Of a stretch of DNA of 64,000 nucleotides, positions 34,688 through 49,945 are shown piece after piece. How positions within the stretch are numbered: the first letter of the stretch is position 1; the number at the start of each line of letters is the position of its first letter. The translations under genes and the position numbers were made by a program. The notes under the pieces are model-generated. The model searched no databases, was not told where the DNA came from, and saw only the letters and a program-made list of their open reading frames with translations. The DNA comes from Chrysomallon squamiferum (lineage: Eukaryota > Animalia > Mollusca): contig CM022679.1 of the NCBI GenBank assembly GCA_012295275.1, positions 6,262,001 to 6,326,000 on the forward strand. The letters are read 5' to 3'.

Positions 34688-37600
34688 GACACACTGAGTT
34701 GATTAATAATTTTAAAAATGTATTCACTTCACTACATTGATTGTATATTTTTATCTACACGACAGCAGCTTTTTATTTATTTATGTTGATGTTTGCATAT
34801 GCTTGCATTTCATTATTTGTATTTGTGGATGCCTTATATGTAAGTGAATGTGTGTGTGTGTGTCTGTACTGAAAATAATTTCTGTCTCTTGGTTAATAAA
34901 TAACAATTTCTGTTTTTCAGTAAAATTTCATTTAAGAGGCTATTCTATTCACAATCTGCGATATTTAAGCTGTGGTTTACTTCAGACAAATGAAACAGAA
35001 GACAAACAGAGGTTTGAAGCATGGAAGGTAGGATGGTGTACAGTTTCATAAAAACTTGGAAAATAAATATTAGTGTTGTATCTAGATCTCTTTACAGTAT
35101 GCATATATATTCATTTTTTAAACGTGTGTATGTGTGTGTGTGGTAGTGTAACATTTGTATCAATCTGTGATCCTGTCTACACATACCCACCAACTCATTC
35201 ACAGCACTCGAATACAGTTAACTATATACACCAAATCAGACATTTACATAAAAAGCATTTTTGATTAAAATAATAAGGGGTTGTTTATAAAGTTTTATTA
35301 ACAGGATCAAAATACACTGTTAACTAAGGAATGACCTCTTATTAGATATTTCTGCTTGATAAAACAATGAATCCAGGATTTTTTACTGAGTGAGAATATT
35401 TAGAATTAACTTTTTTTTTTGACAGTAACTAATTACACGTGACATCAGGATATATTAACTATTAATATATTAGGGATTTTGGAGGATTTTTTGTCACATA
35501 GTTATTTTAAATATTCATTACAAAACAATTGCAGATTGATTAAAGTTAGTTAGAGGGTTTGCTAGTCTGCCTTTTATAAATTACAAAGATTACTGTTTAA
35601 AAACTGATGATTGTTGTGTTTGTTTTAGACATCTCTCAATAAACTGGGTATTCCAGTAGCAGATGTCTTACGTGTACTTTCAGCAGTCTTGTTGCTTGGC
35701 AATGTAGAATTCGTTGAAGGTGCAGGACTTGAGCTGGATGTTGTAGGAAATAATGGTACAGAAAACTTTTATTTACTAAATTAAATGATAGAAGAAATAA
35801 AAGAAATTATAAATGTCTAAACCATTAATACAAGCTGTGAGTGTAAATCTAGAAAAGTGAAATTTTAGACAGAGTGGTCTTGAATGTCTTTTACTTTATT
35901 TTATTTTTAATTAAATTTTTACTGCTAATGGAGAAAGTGAAAAGAGAAGAAAAAAGAAAAAAATTCATCCAATTTATGATTTTAAATTTAACAAAGTCAG
36001 TACTTACCTCTGTATACTTAAAATATAAAAACTAGTTTAAAAATTATATGAATTCCATTTACTTCCACACTGATCAGTAAAAATAAGCATAACTCATCTT
36101 TCTATTTTAGTACACTCATAATTTTACATTTTATCTATTGAATATATCTTTTGTTGTTCACATATTTTATGTATAACTTGTAATGATTCGAGAATAGTTC
36201 TGTTTTTGGAAGACTGTTTAAGAAATATTTGTGTGTTTAGAAATTAAGGCTGTTGCTGCTTTGCTGGGTATTTCTGGTGTGTCACTGTATCGAGGATTCA
36301 CCATGAGAACACGGCATGCTCATGGCCACATTTCAAGAACAATTACTGACGCACAAAGTGTAATAAACATTAATCTTCATTTTCTCATTCACATCAAACA
36401 TTGAGATATATTGTTCCTCATTTATAAATCATCTTGTACTTAATTTTGTTAAGTTCCCTTGCATCTAATAGAAAAAGATGGCTTTGTCATGATGGTAGAA
36501 ATTATCCTTTTTTGAAATTTGTTACCACAGTATTATTATAAAATTTGTTAAATATCTGTTATTTAAAACTTTACACAAAATGTTGTTGTTGTTGTTTTTA
36601 ATACTAAAAGTATTAGTATTTTATTCTTATTTTGTAATAAAAAAAAAAAAAAAAATGTTTCTCTAAATAGCATTAACTTTAACAAATAATTTTAAAAATT
36701 AAAAAGAAAAAATTCTTCAAAATTATTTGTTAATGGGAGGAAAAGAATATTAATTCAGATATCCGAATTGTTAAAATGTGATGTTTACTTTGTTTAGGCT
36801 AATAACACCAGAGATGCTTTAGCTCAAGCTCTGTACTACAGAACTATGTCAACTGTGATAAAAAGATTGAACAGTCTACGACGACCAACATCAGACTTAA
36901 CCATCAGCTTGGAAAGTTTGGAATCAAGAAGTAGCAAAAATAGTGCACAATACAGTGAGTTAGGAAATATGACAAATTCTCTCTACAAATCACTCACTGG
37001 TTTAAAAATATTTTTTATGTGGCAAAAGTATCAGATAATGAAATGCAATTTATTTTAAGTGTCAAAGTTTTTTCTATGAAGTTGTATTTGTAATTCTAAA
37101 AATAATGAGGTGAGATTCCAGACTACATGAAAAATGTTGCAGTTCAGGATTGCCTCTTGTGAGTAGTTGCAGGGATCTCACCAATTACAACAATTATTAT
37201 TATTATTAAAAATTTTCAGGAAATTATCTGGGTTTATTTTTTTGATGATTATTGAGAATGTCAAAATTATTTTTATGTTTATTTTTTTAATTATTATTTT
37301 TATCTAGGTCATCGTCCTGATATTCTGAGTCTTGATCCTGGATTCTCGGATGCTTCTAGCATGCAGCATGGACGCAAATTTTCTGACGGTTTTGTGGGAA
37401 TTTTAGATCTCTTTGGAATTGAACTGGCTGAGGTAAAGTCAGAAAATTTCACTTAATTACTGTTTACATTATATGTGCTCTCATGTTAAAATTATTGTTA
37501 ATGCAATTGTCTGTGTTAACATAAAGAATTAATCATTTTATTATTGTAGGTTAATCAGTTGGAACAGCTGTGTATTAATCTGTGTGCTGAAACTATGCAG

Positions 37601-40334
37601 AACTTCTACAACATCCATGTATTCCGTGGACCTGTTGATGCCCTCCATGAAGAAGGAATTCAACTTGAAATTGATGTTAATTTTTTTGACAACACACCCA
37701 TCATTGAACTCATATCATCTGAGGTAAAGCTTTATAATTTAATTCACTGTACTTACACTGGCTGATGTAATGTTTGAAAACATAACTGAGATTACAAGTG
37801 ATATTAATTTTTGATAACATATGTGATATTACATTTACATTATTTATAGCAATAATTGTTTCTAACAATTAGTAATTAACTACTAATTTTATATGATTAC
37901 TTACATACTTACTTGCTTAAATCAAGATTCACAGAATTAGTTTTAACTCTCTGAATTCAGCCGTGTTGAAATTGTACATACAGACAAATTCTTACCCAAA
38001 CAGTTGAATAAGCAGATGCCACAGTAAATGTTTTATGGAAACTATTAAACTTGAATCTTTTCAAATGTGTCCATGGAGGATTTGGGGATTTTGTCATGTA
38101 TTTTGTTTAATTTAAATTTTTTATTTAACCTTCTGTTTTTGTTTGGCAGGGAAATGGTATTTTAAGTATTCTGGAATATGAATCTGCAAAGCCAAGGAGT
38201 ACAGTGAATGAATTTGCCCAGCAGATCCGAGCAAACCACAGAATCAACAACTAGTAAGTACAGTTACAGCATTTTTTTAAATTATAAATATGGTGTTCTG
38301 TCATATTTATTGTTACTTAGATCTATCACTAAGAAAACAAATAGTCCAATTCATTATTGTTTTCCTTTTCCCTCAGATATCTTCCACAAGTATACATTTT
38401 TCTTTACTTATTTACTGTTGGCTCTGCATGCACACCCATATATATGCATATTGTTTCATATATAAACATAAAATTAATAAATAAAATGATTGTAATTGGT
38501 AAAATATGATGAATATTTTTCAGCTTCTTTGAGCCATTGCCTAAAGTGGATCGGTTGTTTGGAATACGTCATTTTGCTGGTCGTGTTGTTTATGATGCGT
38601 CTGACTTCCTTCAAACAAACAAAGATCAGATTGTGGATGACATTGTTGCTGTTTTCTCAAAACAAAACTGCAACTTTGGATTTGCTTCTTATTTATTTGC
38701 TAAAGAAATAAAAACCTCAAGTGGTAGGTTTACAAATATTAAATTGTTTTTTATTTAAAACATTTTATATTATTTAAGATTTACTCAATCTGTTAGGGTT
38801 TTTCATATACGTTACAGACTGAGTAAATAGCACATCATGATATCGCAATCACAGTAAAATATCAACTTTTTTATTCTTATATTTTAATTGATATTGTATT
38901 TTTAGAAGTACTTAAAATATGTTAAGTCATATAAACACACTTAATAAAATATATTTTGAGGTGATGTTGAGTTGTTGTCATTTATTTCTCATTTTGCTGC
39001 AGATTTTACCTGTATTTTTCAGAAAATTATCAAGGTCCTAAAGGTGTGAAGTATCGAATATTGCCAACCTTTCATCAAGATTCAAGCAGGTTTGTCACTA
39101 TACATTTTATTTTAATTTGAAATTTTTATCAAATAATATTTTTTAACTGCTCAAGTTTTCAGATTTTTACCAAGCAAAGAACCTTTAATAAAAAAATTTT
39201 TTTTTTTTTTTTTAAATAATGATAATAATGGTTCTGGATTTGTTTAAAAATTATTTGTTGCATTATTTATTTGTGACAGTTAGTTATTCATAATTCACAA
39301 CAGAGATGTATGATGTGATGTTAAGTAACTGAGTTGTTTTGTTTAGTGTTGAAGAATCGAGGGGTTCTCTGTGTCATGACTTTCAGCTCAGACTGGACAA
39401 CTTGTTAAAGACAATCTCACATGCAAAACCTCACTTTGTTCGTTGTATCAAGGTAAATATTAATTCAGAGATGTTTGCAATTTTATTTTGTAAAACAAAA
39501 TACTTTTCTGTAATGTAATTTTTGCTGTCTTATATAATTTTGAAAACATACATTTTTGCTCATTATTTGTTACAGTTCAAAAGTATTGTATTAAAATAAT
39601 TTTAGAAAGAACCTCTTATATTCCATGAAAGAATAATAATAATTAAATATATATATATATATATAAGTTTTGATATATGTGCCAGTTGTATACTATACAA
39701 ATAAATAATAAAACTGAATGTTGCTTTAATATACACATTTACAAACAAGTCATAATACTTTAATTACTCCACTTAATTTATATATATATATATATATTTC
39801 ATGTAATAAAAATAACTGTATATGTGTATGTATATAAATTATATCAAAACTGACTGAATAAAACAAAAACTAAAGGGTAAATAAAGAAGAAAACAATTGG
39901 AAAGAAAAGGGAATTAAAATCAAGTTATATTCAGATTCATATCATTGCATTCAAACATGTTTTTTGTTTTGTTTTTTTACTTTCTAGATTAATATAAGAA
40001 ATAAGACATTAATTCTACATGCAGGCTAAATAATTAATATTTGTATTTATTATTTAAATGTTTACAGAGCAATGATGATGGAGAAATGGACTCTTTTGTT
40101 AGTGAGGCTGTCATTCAACAACTCCGATCTCTTCAAGTTCTAGAGTCTGTTCAACTAATGGCAGGAGGTATGTTCATGAAAAATATATATTTGATATAAC
40201 ATGATCATTGCTTACATACTGAATAAAATGTTATTTGTAGCATTAAACACTGTAAGAAAAATTCCATGTACATTAAATGTAATCTGCACTTGGCTAACAT
40301 ACTGAATATAATTAGAATCACAAGACTGTAAAAT

Positions 40335-40374
<40 letters not shown>

Positions 40375-43300
40375 TATGTACAATATAACTCTAACTAAAA
40401 TATTGAATTATACATGTTGTCTTCATAATGTTCATCCAAATCAAATATGTATGTTATTATAAGTACTACAACAAACTAAATATTACTTTATTTTCAGGAC
40501 TTCCTCATCGAATGAGATATAAGACATTCAAGAACAGATACAAACTGTTTCTACCACATGACTACATGAACAGAGTGGAATGTTTGCAGGAAGAATGCAA
40601 AGTAAAAATCTGTTCTTTATTTCACAATTTCATCTCAAGATTATAAAACAATTCAAACAAAATTAGTATTAATAGAAACCAACATAAAAGGTGTTAAAAA
40701 GAACTCTTTAACACTATCTAAAGCATTGCATGTCGCTAATGACAATTACAGCCACAGTGACAGTTGTTTGATAACAGATTGTTTAGATATAAAAAGATGA
40801 TTGTTTGCACAAAAGTTTTTTTTTTTTTTTTTTAAAGTTTTTGGCTTTTGTTTTATTTAGAAACAAATTGATTTTTATAATTAGTTAATAATTTTGTTTA
40901 TGATTTTATAAGGCCATTCTGAGCAGTTTTCTGAGAGCAATGGACAACAGTAAACTACCTTACATCAGCACACAGTGGACACTGGGCAAAAAACACATTT
41001 TTTATAGGTTAGAATATGTTTTAATTGTATTATACACTTTTCATTATTTACTTATTTATTTTATTCTATTTTTTATTTTTATTTTTTTTTTTTTTAAACA
41101 TTCTGATTATTATTATTTTTTTTTTTTTTTGTTATTTACTAATATTTTTATTTATTTCTTTATTATCTGTAAAGGAACTTGTTAGCTTAATATAGACTAA
41201 ATATTAATCCAATTTTTGTTTCAAAACTCTTATTCAGAACATGTTCTGTAATGTTATTTTATTATTTTAGTTTAGTTTAATTTAGTTCTATTTTATTTTT
41301 TTATTTCATTTTTTTCTAATTTCTTTTATTGGAATTTTTCATAGCCTAATTACTATTCATATTCTCTATCTTTGTTTACCAGTGAAGGAACTAGACAAAG
41401 TCTGGAAGCCATGCGGCTAGAAAGACTTCATATCTCGGCATCAAAAATACAAGCTCACTGGCGTGGATCTAAAGTCAGGAGAGCATGGCCATTAATGCGT
41501 GCTCATTTGAGAGCCAAAAAATCTGTCTCCAAGTCAAAACTGATGAACTCTGCAAAGTAAGCCCTTTATTTTGTTATCACAGATATTGCTTTTAAGTGCA
41601 AGACATTTTTATTTACAGTTATTAGATGTTATAAGGACATAATTATAAATTAAGTATTTGAAGAAAATTTTTTTAAAACTATTTAAAATTAAAAATGAAT
41701 AACAGTAATTATCATTATTATGATAATCTTAATTATATCTCTTGATATATTTGTTTAGCAGATTAATAAATTATATTTTTCATAAAATTCAAAGACTACA
41801 TTATTTAGTATTATATATATATTTATATTATGTAACATATATTTCTTTTGAAATTATTAATAGATTTAGCAAAAAGATTGATATTTTGTTTCTTTAGATT
41901 GAAACTCATTCCAGAACCGACATCAATAGAAAAGGTTGATGTAACTACACTGAATAAACTATGTTCTATATATAACATCAATTCTGTAAGTTATTTAACA
42001 GCCTCTATAAATAACAAAATAGTTTCTACATTAAAATATAAATTCTACAGTATTAATCTATTTTTTTATGATGCATTAATTCTTTAAATTAGTGATTCCA
42101 CTGTTAAAGAATTCTTCAGAAATAAACTATTCCATATGAACCTGTTTGTGTGTAGAGTATCAGTTCTACATTTAACTGAATTATGTTAAAAAATTAAATT
42201 TTATGCAAAAGTACTGTTTAATACTGGTATTTTATTATTTTTATATAACATTGTTAATTTCTTCTTTTTTTTTATAACATATCTATATATTTATCTTTTT
42301 TTTTTTTTATTTTTTTGTTCTTTATTTATTTATCAGTTTTACTTATTTTAGTATTATTATTATTATTATTAATATTATTATTATTATTTTAAAATTAATT
42401 TATTGTTTTATATTAATTTTTATATTATTTTTTTAAAGGAAAGAAAACCACCAGTACCAGGCATCAGGTCATACAGTATACTGGAAAACTTCTATTTCAG
42501 TTTTCCACAAAAGCGTGTTTTAAAACAAAACTTTCCAGGTAATTAACCACAGAAATTTCAGACATTATAAATAAACAACATTATGATAGCTAAAGAATAT
42601 TACATCAGTTCTATAACTTGTTTACAAATTTATAAAAATGAGAGCATCTATAACTAAAAGGTAAATTATAACAACCCCACAATGAAATATGAGATGGCCA
42701 TACTCCTTCCTTCTCCTATATTAAACATTTTATAAAAGTTTTCATACAGCCAGATCTTGCAAATTTGTTAAATATTTTCTTTCATATAACATTTTAAGAA
42801 CATAAATAGCATATTTTAAGAAAGGTAAAAACAAAATTTAAAAGAAATGAATAGAAAATAGAAAAAATAATGGGATTTTAGAAGAGTTTTTTAGTTTTGT
42901 AAAATATTTTGTTTTGCTAACAGAAAATGCTCCAGGAAACCCTCTTATTAGAAAAGGAGAAGAGGTGAAAGTCATTAGTGTATCACCAAAGAGAGGTCAT
43001 CTTGTGTCTGTATATAACAGTATCAGTCACCACATTCCTTATCATCTGCTAGAACTACAGGTGAGAACATTATATTCCTTCTTATTCTTTGTATTTATAT
43101 TTCATATCATCTGACAATTCATGTCTTTCTTTCATTCTCATGTATTTTTTACTTTCTTTTTTTCCCTTCTCAATATGATGTTTCCTCTTCAGTTTCTTTA
43201 TTTCTTTAAATCAGTTCAGTTTGTAATTTTCTTGTGTCAAAATGTATAGCATCTTAACCATGAATAATACAGTAAATGCAAAAAAATATATATGTTACAA

Positions 43301-43662
43301 ATGGTTACATATCTAAGATTTTTTTTAAAGTTTGAACTTGTAAAAAAACTAAATTGTCATAAATTCACTTTAATTAAATTTCTAAAAGAATGTTTAATGG
43401 AAATATATTATAAAGAGAACTAAACTGTAGTTTAACCATTAGTAAGGAAAAGGAAAAACTCTAAAATACATTTTTGATTTCATAAATAAAAATAATTATC
43501 AATACAGACACTAATATTTTCATATCCTTTTCCATTTATAGAATTAATAGTTTCTGAATATGTCATAGATTGTTTTTGCACATCTGTATAATATTTTATT
43601 TTACTATTATTATTTGTTTGTGTTTTCAGGGTAATAGAGGACATAAGGGTGTAGACTTGTAG
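32603..43662 (+). CDS. dachs: Unconventional myosin of the Dachs / class XX type (~907 aa): motor domain, single IQ motif, SH3-like tail
   Basis: 23 phase-consistent exons: 32603-32710, 33131-33294, 33752-33926, 34099-34173, 34429-34513, 34921-35027, 35629-35755, 36241-36359, 36798-36954, 37308-37432, 37550-37723, 38150-38253, 38524-38723, 39023-39089, 39347-39452, 40068-40167, 40498-40601, 40913-41007, 41383-41556, 41898-41985, 42439-42538, 42924-43060, 43630-43662. Myosin motifs: P-loop GESGSGKT, EKNYHIFYQ, PHFVRCIK, IQAHWRG. Dachs-like segments: DLTHLVGPLTEE, YRTKIHC, LEQLCINLCAETMQ, CNFGFASYLF, and tail PPVPGIRSYS...RKGEEVKV...RGHLV. Confidence 0.9.
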
Positions 43663-46600
43663 AAGATGATATAGAAAAATAATAGTCTAAGTCCCTGATG
43701 TTTTTACAGTGGAGAACTTTCTTTCACCTTCAACATATTTAGTTCAGAATGGAAGGAACATTTGTGATCATGAAATAAAAAAATTGTTATTATTTCCTTT
43801 ATTATTATTATTATTTTAGATGAACTTTCCCATATTTGAAAATTTTGACAACTATAAATAGTCCACAGCATTAAGAAAATATTCAGTAAAACTTGTAACA
43901 TCTTTTTTTTTTTTTAAATATATCTTTTTTCAAATCATTTTTATTCTTATTCTAAAAAGGAAAAAAAAAAATAATTTCTTAAGAATCATGCTTAGATCAG
44001 TGATAGCAGGTAATTCTTTTAATGTTTCAAGTGTTTGTTTTAGAAAAGAACTCTAAATTACAATTGTATTGTACTATATCTCCCTGTATAATATATCATT
44101 TCCATGTAATTGTGTTCATTGTGTACATAATAATATAATTTATGTATTTTTGTATTCATTATTTATATGGGGTTTTTTGGTGGTTTCTTTTTCTTATTAT
44201 TATCTATTTGGTTTTTATCGAGATGAAGATATTTTCTATTGTGAATACCATCTTAAAAAGTCTCTAAACCAAGTACTACCATTAAGTTCTCAAAATGTCT
44301 CAAATATCACAATCTGTTAATATTTCATTTATATTTTTATGTTTTGTTGTATTTTTGCAGATAAACATTTCATCTGTACTGAGTTTGTTTTTATAAATGT
44401 ATAAAATAATCAGTACATGATAATAAATATTATTTTTTAACTTAAACAGCATTTGTTGTTAATTTTGTTTTTATTTGTGAACATTAATTTCAAAACAAGA
44501 ATAAAATTTGTTTTAATTGTGCTTCATCATTTTGATAAACAAAATATTGTTAATTTATAAATTACAAGAAATATTTCAAATATATTATTTAGCCCAAAGT
44601 TGAAAATTATTTGCATTCTATACCTATATATAAATGAAGTACTAAATTTTGTTATCATTATAAAGGATATATATCTACAAACAACTTGTCAAAAATTCAA
44701 TAACAAACTTTGTAATTTTTATGTGTTAGAACTAGATCAATAAGAAACTTTATCAGTTTGTTCAGACTTTTGTTCACACTTAATATATATAATTATTTTT
44801 ATTTTTATTTTTTTTTTAAAGTCTTTTCATAATGAATATGCATAACAGTATGCATTTTCAACATGTAAACTGAGAGAACAAATATTGCTAAATACATAAA
44901 ATAAATCACTAATTTAGCTATTGTTATCTGTTACCAGTGTTTCTGTGTAAAGAAAGATAACTCATCTAATAAAAACTTTAAATTTTTGTTAGTAAAAACA
45001 AATATGGAAAAAGAAACTGAAGTTCTAAAAAGATTAAAAAGATAGAATAAAAAATTGAAGTCTTATTCAGCTTCATCATAAATTAGATGTTTTGATCACT
45101 GGGACTATTTTATTAATGATAAAATGTGTTTAAGTATTTTTATCCATTAGTGCTATTTTGATAACACTGCAGAGATACAGTGATTTTTTAATTACAACAA
45201 AATCAGTGTTTAAACATTTTAAAAAGATACTGTTCAGCAAAGATTAATTGAGATATTTATTTATAAATTCTTTTTTAATTCTTTAAAAGCAAATATTAAA
45301 ATACACTTTTTTGTTTGTTTGTTACAGACTGTATCTGTAATTTAGTATAGTATTTATTTATTTACATGGATCCCTAAACCAAGGTTCCAATGCAACTACC
45401 AGTGTGAATATACCTTTACACAGCACTGCTTACATTAGATTCTTGACTGAATAAGTTACATTAATATTATTTTGAGTTCTATTTCTGAAACTTGAGTACT
45501 GGTACACCTACTGCAAGCTATTTTAATAATACACAGGACAATAATGAATACATGAAATTATGGTTAGGATCTACTAGTGTATAGAAAGCTCACCAATCTG
45601 ATATTTGTTCATACATTTTATGATAAGATATAACACCAACCTGGTTTATATTTGTATATTTTTATTATTATTTATTTTATTATATATAATTATTACATTT
45701 TTTGTTTTGATCTTTTTAACTGGTGTAGTAATCATAAATAAAGATGTTAACTACTTTTTTCTTTTTTAATTTTTTCTTTTTAATTTGTTGTATTATATTC
45801 TCTCTTGTGCAGTCTTTAAATACAAGTTATTTGTACAGGAAATGGCTAATAAATCGCATCACAGTCAAAACAAAAACAAATTAAAAAATGGAAGTAGGAT
45901 TTATTAATTAGCAATATATTCAGACAGAGATTTCCTTTTACAAAAAAACCCATAAAACAACCATGGATTATGGAGGACAAAATTTCTGACACTATTTATA
46001 GATACTGTTTTTTAAATCTTATTAAAGGATTGTTATAATTATTATTATTTTTACAATTTTATTAATTTTGTTGTTGTTGTTGTTTAACTGAATTATTGAT
46101 TTTTCTTTCCTTTTTTGAATTTTTTTGTTTTTTTTTTCTGTTTTTTTTTCTTATTTTTTTTCTATCTTATTCGATTTGCTTTTAAGTAGAAATTAAATAT
46201 AAACATAAATTAAAGCTATTAAGATATTTAAATGTCAAATTAATGAAAAATTCTAATAGTCTGTTAATACATAAAAATATATATATATATTACTGAATGA
46301 TACTTATGAATTTAAAATTAAAAAAAATAGAAATGGAAATTATTAGTATTATAAAATAAGATTTTTTTTTATTCAATTTCAAATTATATATATGTACATA
46401 TACACATTCCACAAACACAAATACTAAAAAAGTTATTATAATGTAAAATAAGACCAAAAAATAACTGTGTTCTCAAATACTTATTTATTTAATTTAATTT
46501 AATTTTAATTTTATTTTTTATATATATATATTTTTTTTATAAAATTTAATGCTATTTATAAACACATACTTGAATTATGTAGTTACAGAATCCATTATAA

Positions 46601-47233
46601 AATATTCTTAAAGATGACAGTAATGTATAAAAATTTAAAAACAAATTAAAAATATTAAAAATTAAATTTGTACATTGAGTGTTGTCAAATCAATCAACTG
46701 ATTAATCTAGTAATTCATCATTTATGAAATAATTTATCCTGCAGCTAAAATTTTAAGTGTGTGAATTTGCAGGTAATTACATGTGTGAATCCTAAATTAG
46801 TTGGTTATAGTTAATGTTGCACAGAAGGTATTCTAACCTGTATTTAATTCAACCAGTTTCAAAGACATAATGTAGACATAAAAAGTTGTTTATTAATGTG
46901 TTTCAACTAAAGACATGAAAATCTGTATTTAATGTAAGTTGTTTCAACTGAAGATATACAAAGCTGTATGTAAATACATGACCAGTTTCAACAAAATGTA
47001 TAAAAAGTTGGTTGTAAATATAACCAATTTTAACTGTTGCTTCTCTGGGTTATTTTTTTTCATAAACTTCAGGTATTTATTATTTTGAATTTCAGTAATA
47101 ATATCCAATAGCTTTCCAAAGCTAAATTCATTATTCATAAAAACATGAAATAATGCAGGGAATATGTCCAAAGAACTTCCTAGCTACAAGCCAAAATGAT
47201 GTAGAGAAAATAAATAACTTTAATAATGATGAG

Positions 47234-47285
<52 letters not shown>

Positions 47286-48959
47286 TATCAATAATAATGA
47301 TGATTATGTTGATGATGTTGAATCAATTTAAAATTTGCCATATTCTCAGGATTTTTTTACATTTTTATCTGAAAAATAATATAACAGTAAAAATACTTTA
47401 TTATTGTCAAAAAAGATCATTCCATATAAATAAAATAATTATTTGTATTCAGGCTTTTTCTTCATATCACTGAACAAACACACACATCAAAGGTTTGCAT
47501 TTTCTGAGAAAGTAATGTTAAAATGTCTGAAAATCTCAAAACCTCTTTATGTATATTTTGTGGGTGTGGGTCTCAGGTCATACTAAAACTGGTATGATAA
47601 CTTTTCCTGATCACTATCTGTAATGGATGGGTGTTCACCTGCTTTATCATTATGATATTACACTAGTGTTGAGACATTTCTCAAGTAAGGTAATAATGTC
47701 AACATGACCATAAATCATAACTCACAAAAAAATATTATACCTGTCTGAGCAATAAGAATTATGTTTGGTTTGCAACACATTTTACTTGTCTTGTGTGTGC
47801 TTGTTTTAGTTCTTTTTAACATTGTTATAGCTAGGTTCTAGTTTTTGACACATTTTATTATGTGTGTATGTGTTAGTGGAGGTGTAATGCCAATATTTGT
47901 ATATACTGCAGCTGTGTTATCTTCATTTATTTTATTTTATTTTTTAATTTAATTTTATTTATTTTTTTGAATTATAACTTTTTATATTTTAATTTTAAAA
48001 AAAAAGATGATAATAACAAATATTTAATTTTAATTTTATTTAATTATTTAATTTTTTAATTTTTAATTTTAAATTTATTATTTTTAATTATATTTTATTT
48101 CATTTTTTTTTTTTTTTTTTTTTTATTATTATTATTATTATTTTTCATTTTTATAGCAGAATGACACCAGTGAGGGTTTTGAATCTTATTTCCATATGTA
48201 ATTCCACAAAGAAGTTTTATTGTTTGTATTACTGTCATCAGACCAGTAAAACAAAATGTAATATCTTTTTAATGCATTTCATTCTAAGACACCTAACAAC
48301 AATGAGTCATGTAGTGAAAGAAATCTGAACATTAATTCATTTTATCATCCATCTTGTCTTCAAATCTGCCTTTAATATGAGATTAATAACTGGTTTTGCT
48401 AGATCTTTACAAATTGTAAGTGTTAATACCACCATTTTGCTCACAAAATAATAATTTTTTTCTTAAATCACTATTTTTTACTTAAAATTATACATCAAAT
48501 ATTACTCATCCAGTATTTAAAATGCTGAACTTTTGCCTTGGGTTTTGGTGTTAAATTTACAACTTCCTTTAACAGCATGAAAGAAGGAGGAAGAAAAAGT
48601 TTCAGTGACACATTGAACACACTTTTAATTAACCTGTGATTAAAAAGCACAAAAATAAAGATAAAATTAAATCTGATTCTTTTACCTGCTTTTTCAACTT
48701 AGCAGAAAGATTTCTTTCATATTCATTTTGCCATAGATAGAAAAAAAGCAAATGTGAAACTCTGACTGAAACAATAAATAGCTTGATGAGGGCACTGAAA
48801 AGGGTGGATCCTGGAACTGATGATGTCTCAGTTACAGAAAACAGCCCACCTCTTTGAAACCATAAAAACAATTACAAGTGTCAGTAATCAGGTGGTGAAG
48901 AGAAAAACTGGCTAAAGTATGTCTACAAGAAGGTCAAGTTAGACAAGTGAAGTGTTTTG

Positions 48960-49945
48960 TTATTGTTGTATATCAGTCTAACAAATATAAAAATGTCACC
49001 ATGTTGATTTGGAAGGATTAGTTCTGAAACTTTTATAGTCACTAGGATATCACCATAGTTTAACATGACTAAAAATGTCATTTTTTGACAAGCATAAATT
49101 CCTAAATGTTTTGTTGCCAAATATCAGAATAATTGTATTTAACTCGGACAATGCTAAAAACATTATCATGCTGATTTGAAAGTGTTAATTGTTAATCTTT
49201 CATGATAATGGAATATTTCTATAGTTTCATTGCAATGTCTAGACAGACAGACCTGAAAATATTATAGTCTGATTTGAAGACCTTAATATTTATACTTTGA
49301 TAGATAGACTAGTCGTATAAAAATATCATGATGCTGATTTAAAGCTTTAATATTGGCTTTTACAATTACTGGAACATCAGCAGAGTTTAACTGCATTAGT
49401 ATAGTATATCAGTGTATTGACTCAAATATCTGCATGCTGGTATAGAGACAACATTTAAACACTTTCATAGATGGTAAGTGGAATATTATTATTTTGTTGT
49501 TCTTGTGTATAAGCTGGACAAGAATAAAAATATTCTCTTGACAAATTGGAGAAATCAATTCATATACTTTTATTATCATAGAATATCACCTTAGTTTCAT
49601 TGTAGTATATCAGTGTAGAGACTGATGTTCAAAATGGTTGGTGGCCCCTGCAATAGAATATCACTGTTGTGTATCAGTCTAGAGATTAAAATGTCTCCAT
49701 GCTGATTTGGAAATGTTTTATTGCAGCATATCAGTCTCAGGACAAAAAGTGACATCATGTTGATTTGAAGTTATTAAACTAAAACTTTCATAGTTAGGGT
49801 TGTCATTAAAATGTTACTATAATTCTGTCTGAGGAAGTTCATCAGAAGCAAAAATGTCATCCTGTTGAGATGGATCCATGCACTGTTTAACTTTTATAGA
49901 CATGATCTTCACCAGAATATTGACATGGTTTCATTGCACTGCTTA
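48960..49945. repeat. Decayed tandem repeat array (irregular units of roughly 60-110 bp)
   Basis: Recurring CATG(C/T)TGATTTG(G/A)A, TATATCAGT(C/G)TA, GAATATCAC, GTTTCATTG and AAAATGTCA blocks. Confidence 0.6.

Noticed and set aside
44374-44420. Short local hairpin (TGTACTGA...TCAGTACA); similar small palindrome near 17182-17210
   Set aside because: Short and AT-rich, at the level expected by chance; no support for a miRNA or MITE.
48960-49945. CRISPR-like repeat-spacer array
   Set aside because: Eukaryotic context, degenerate repeats with irregular spacing, and no cas genes.
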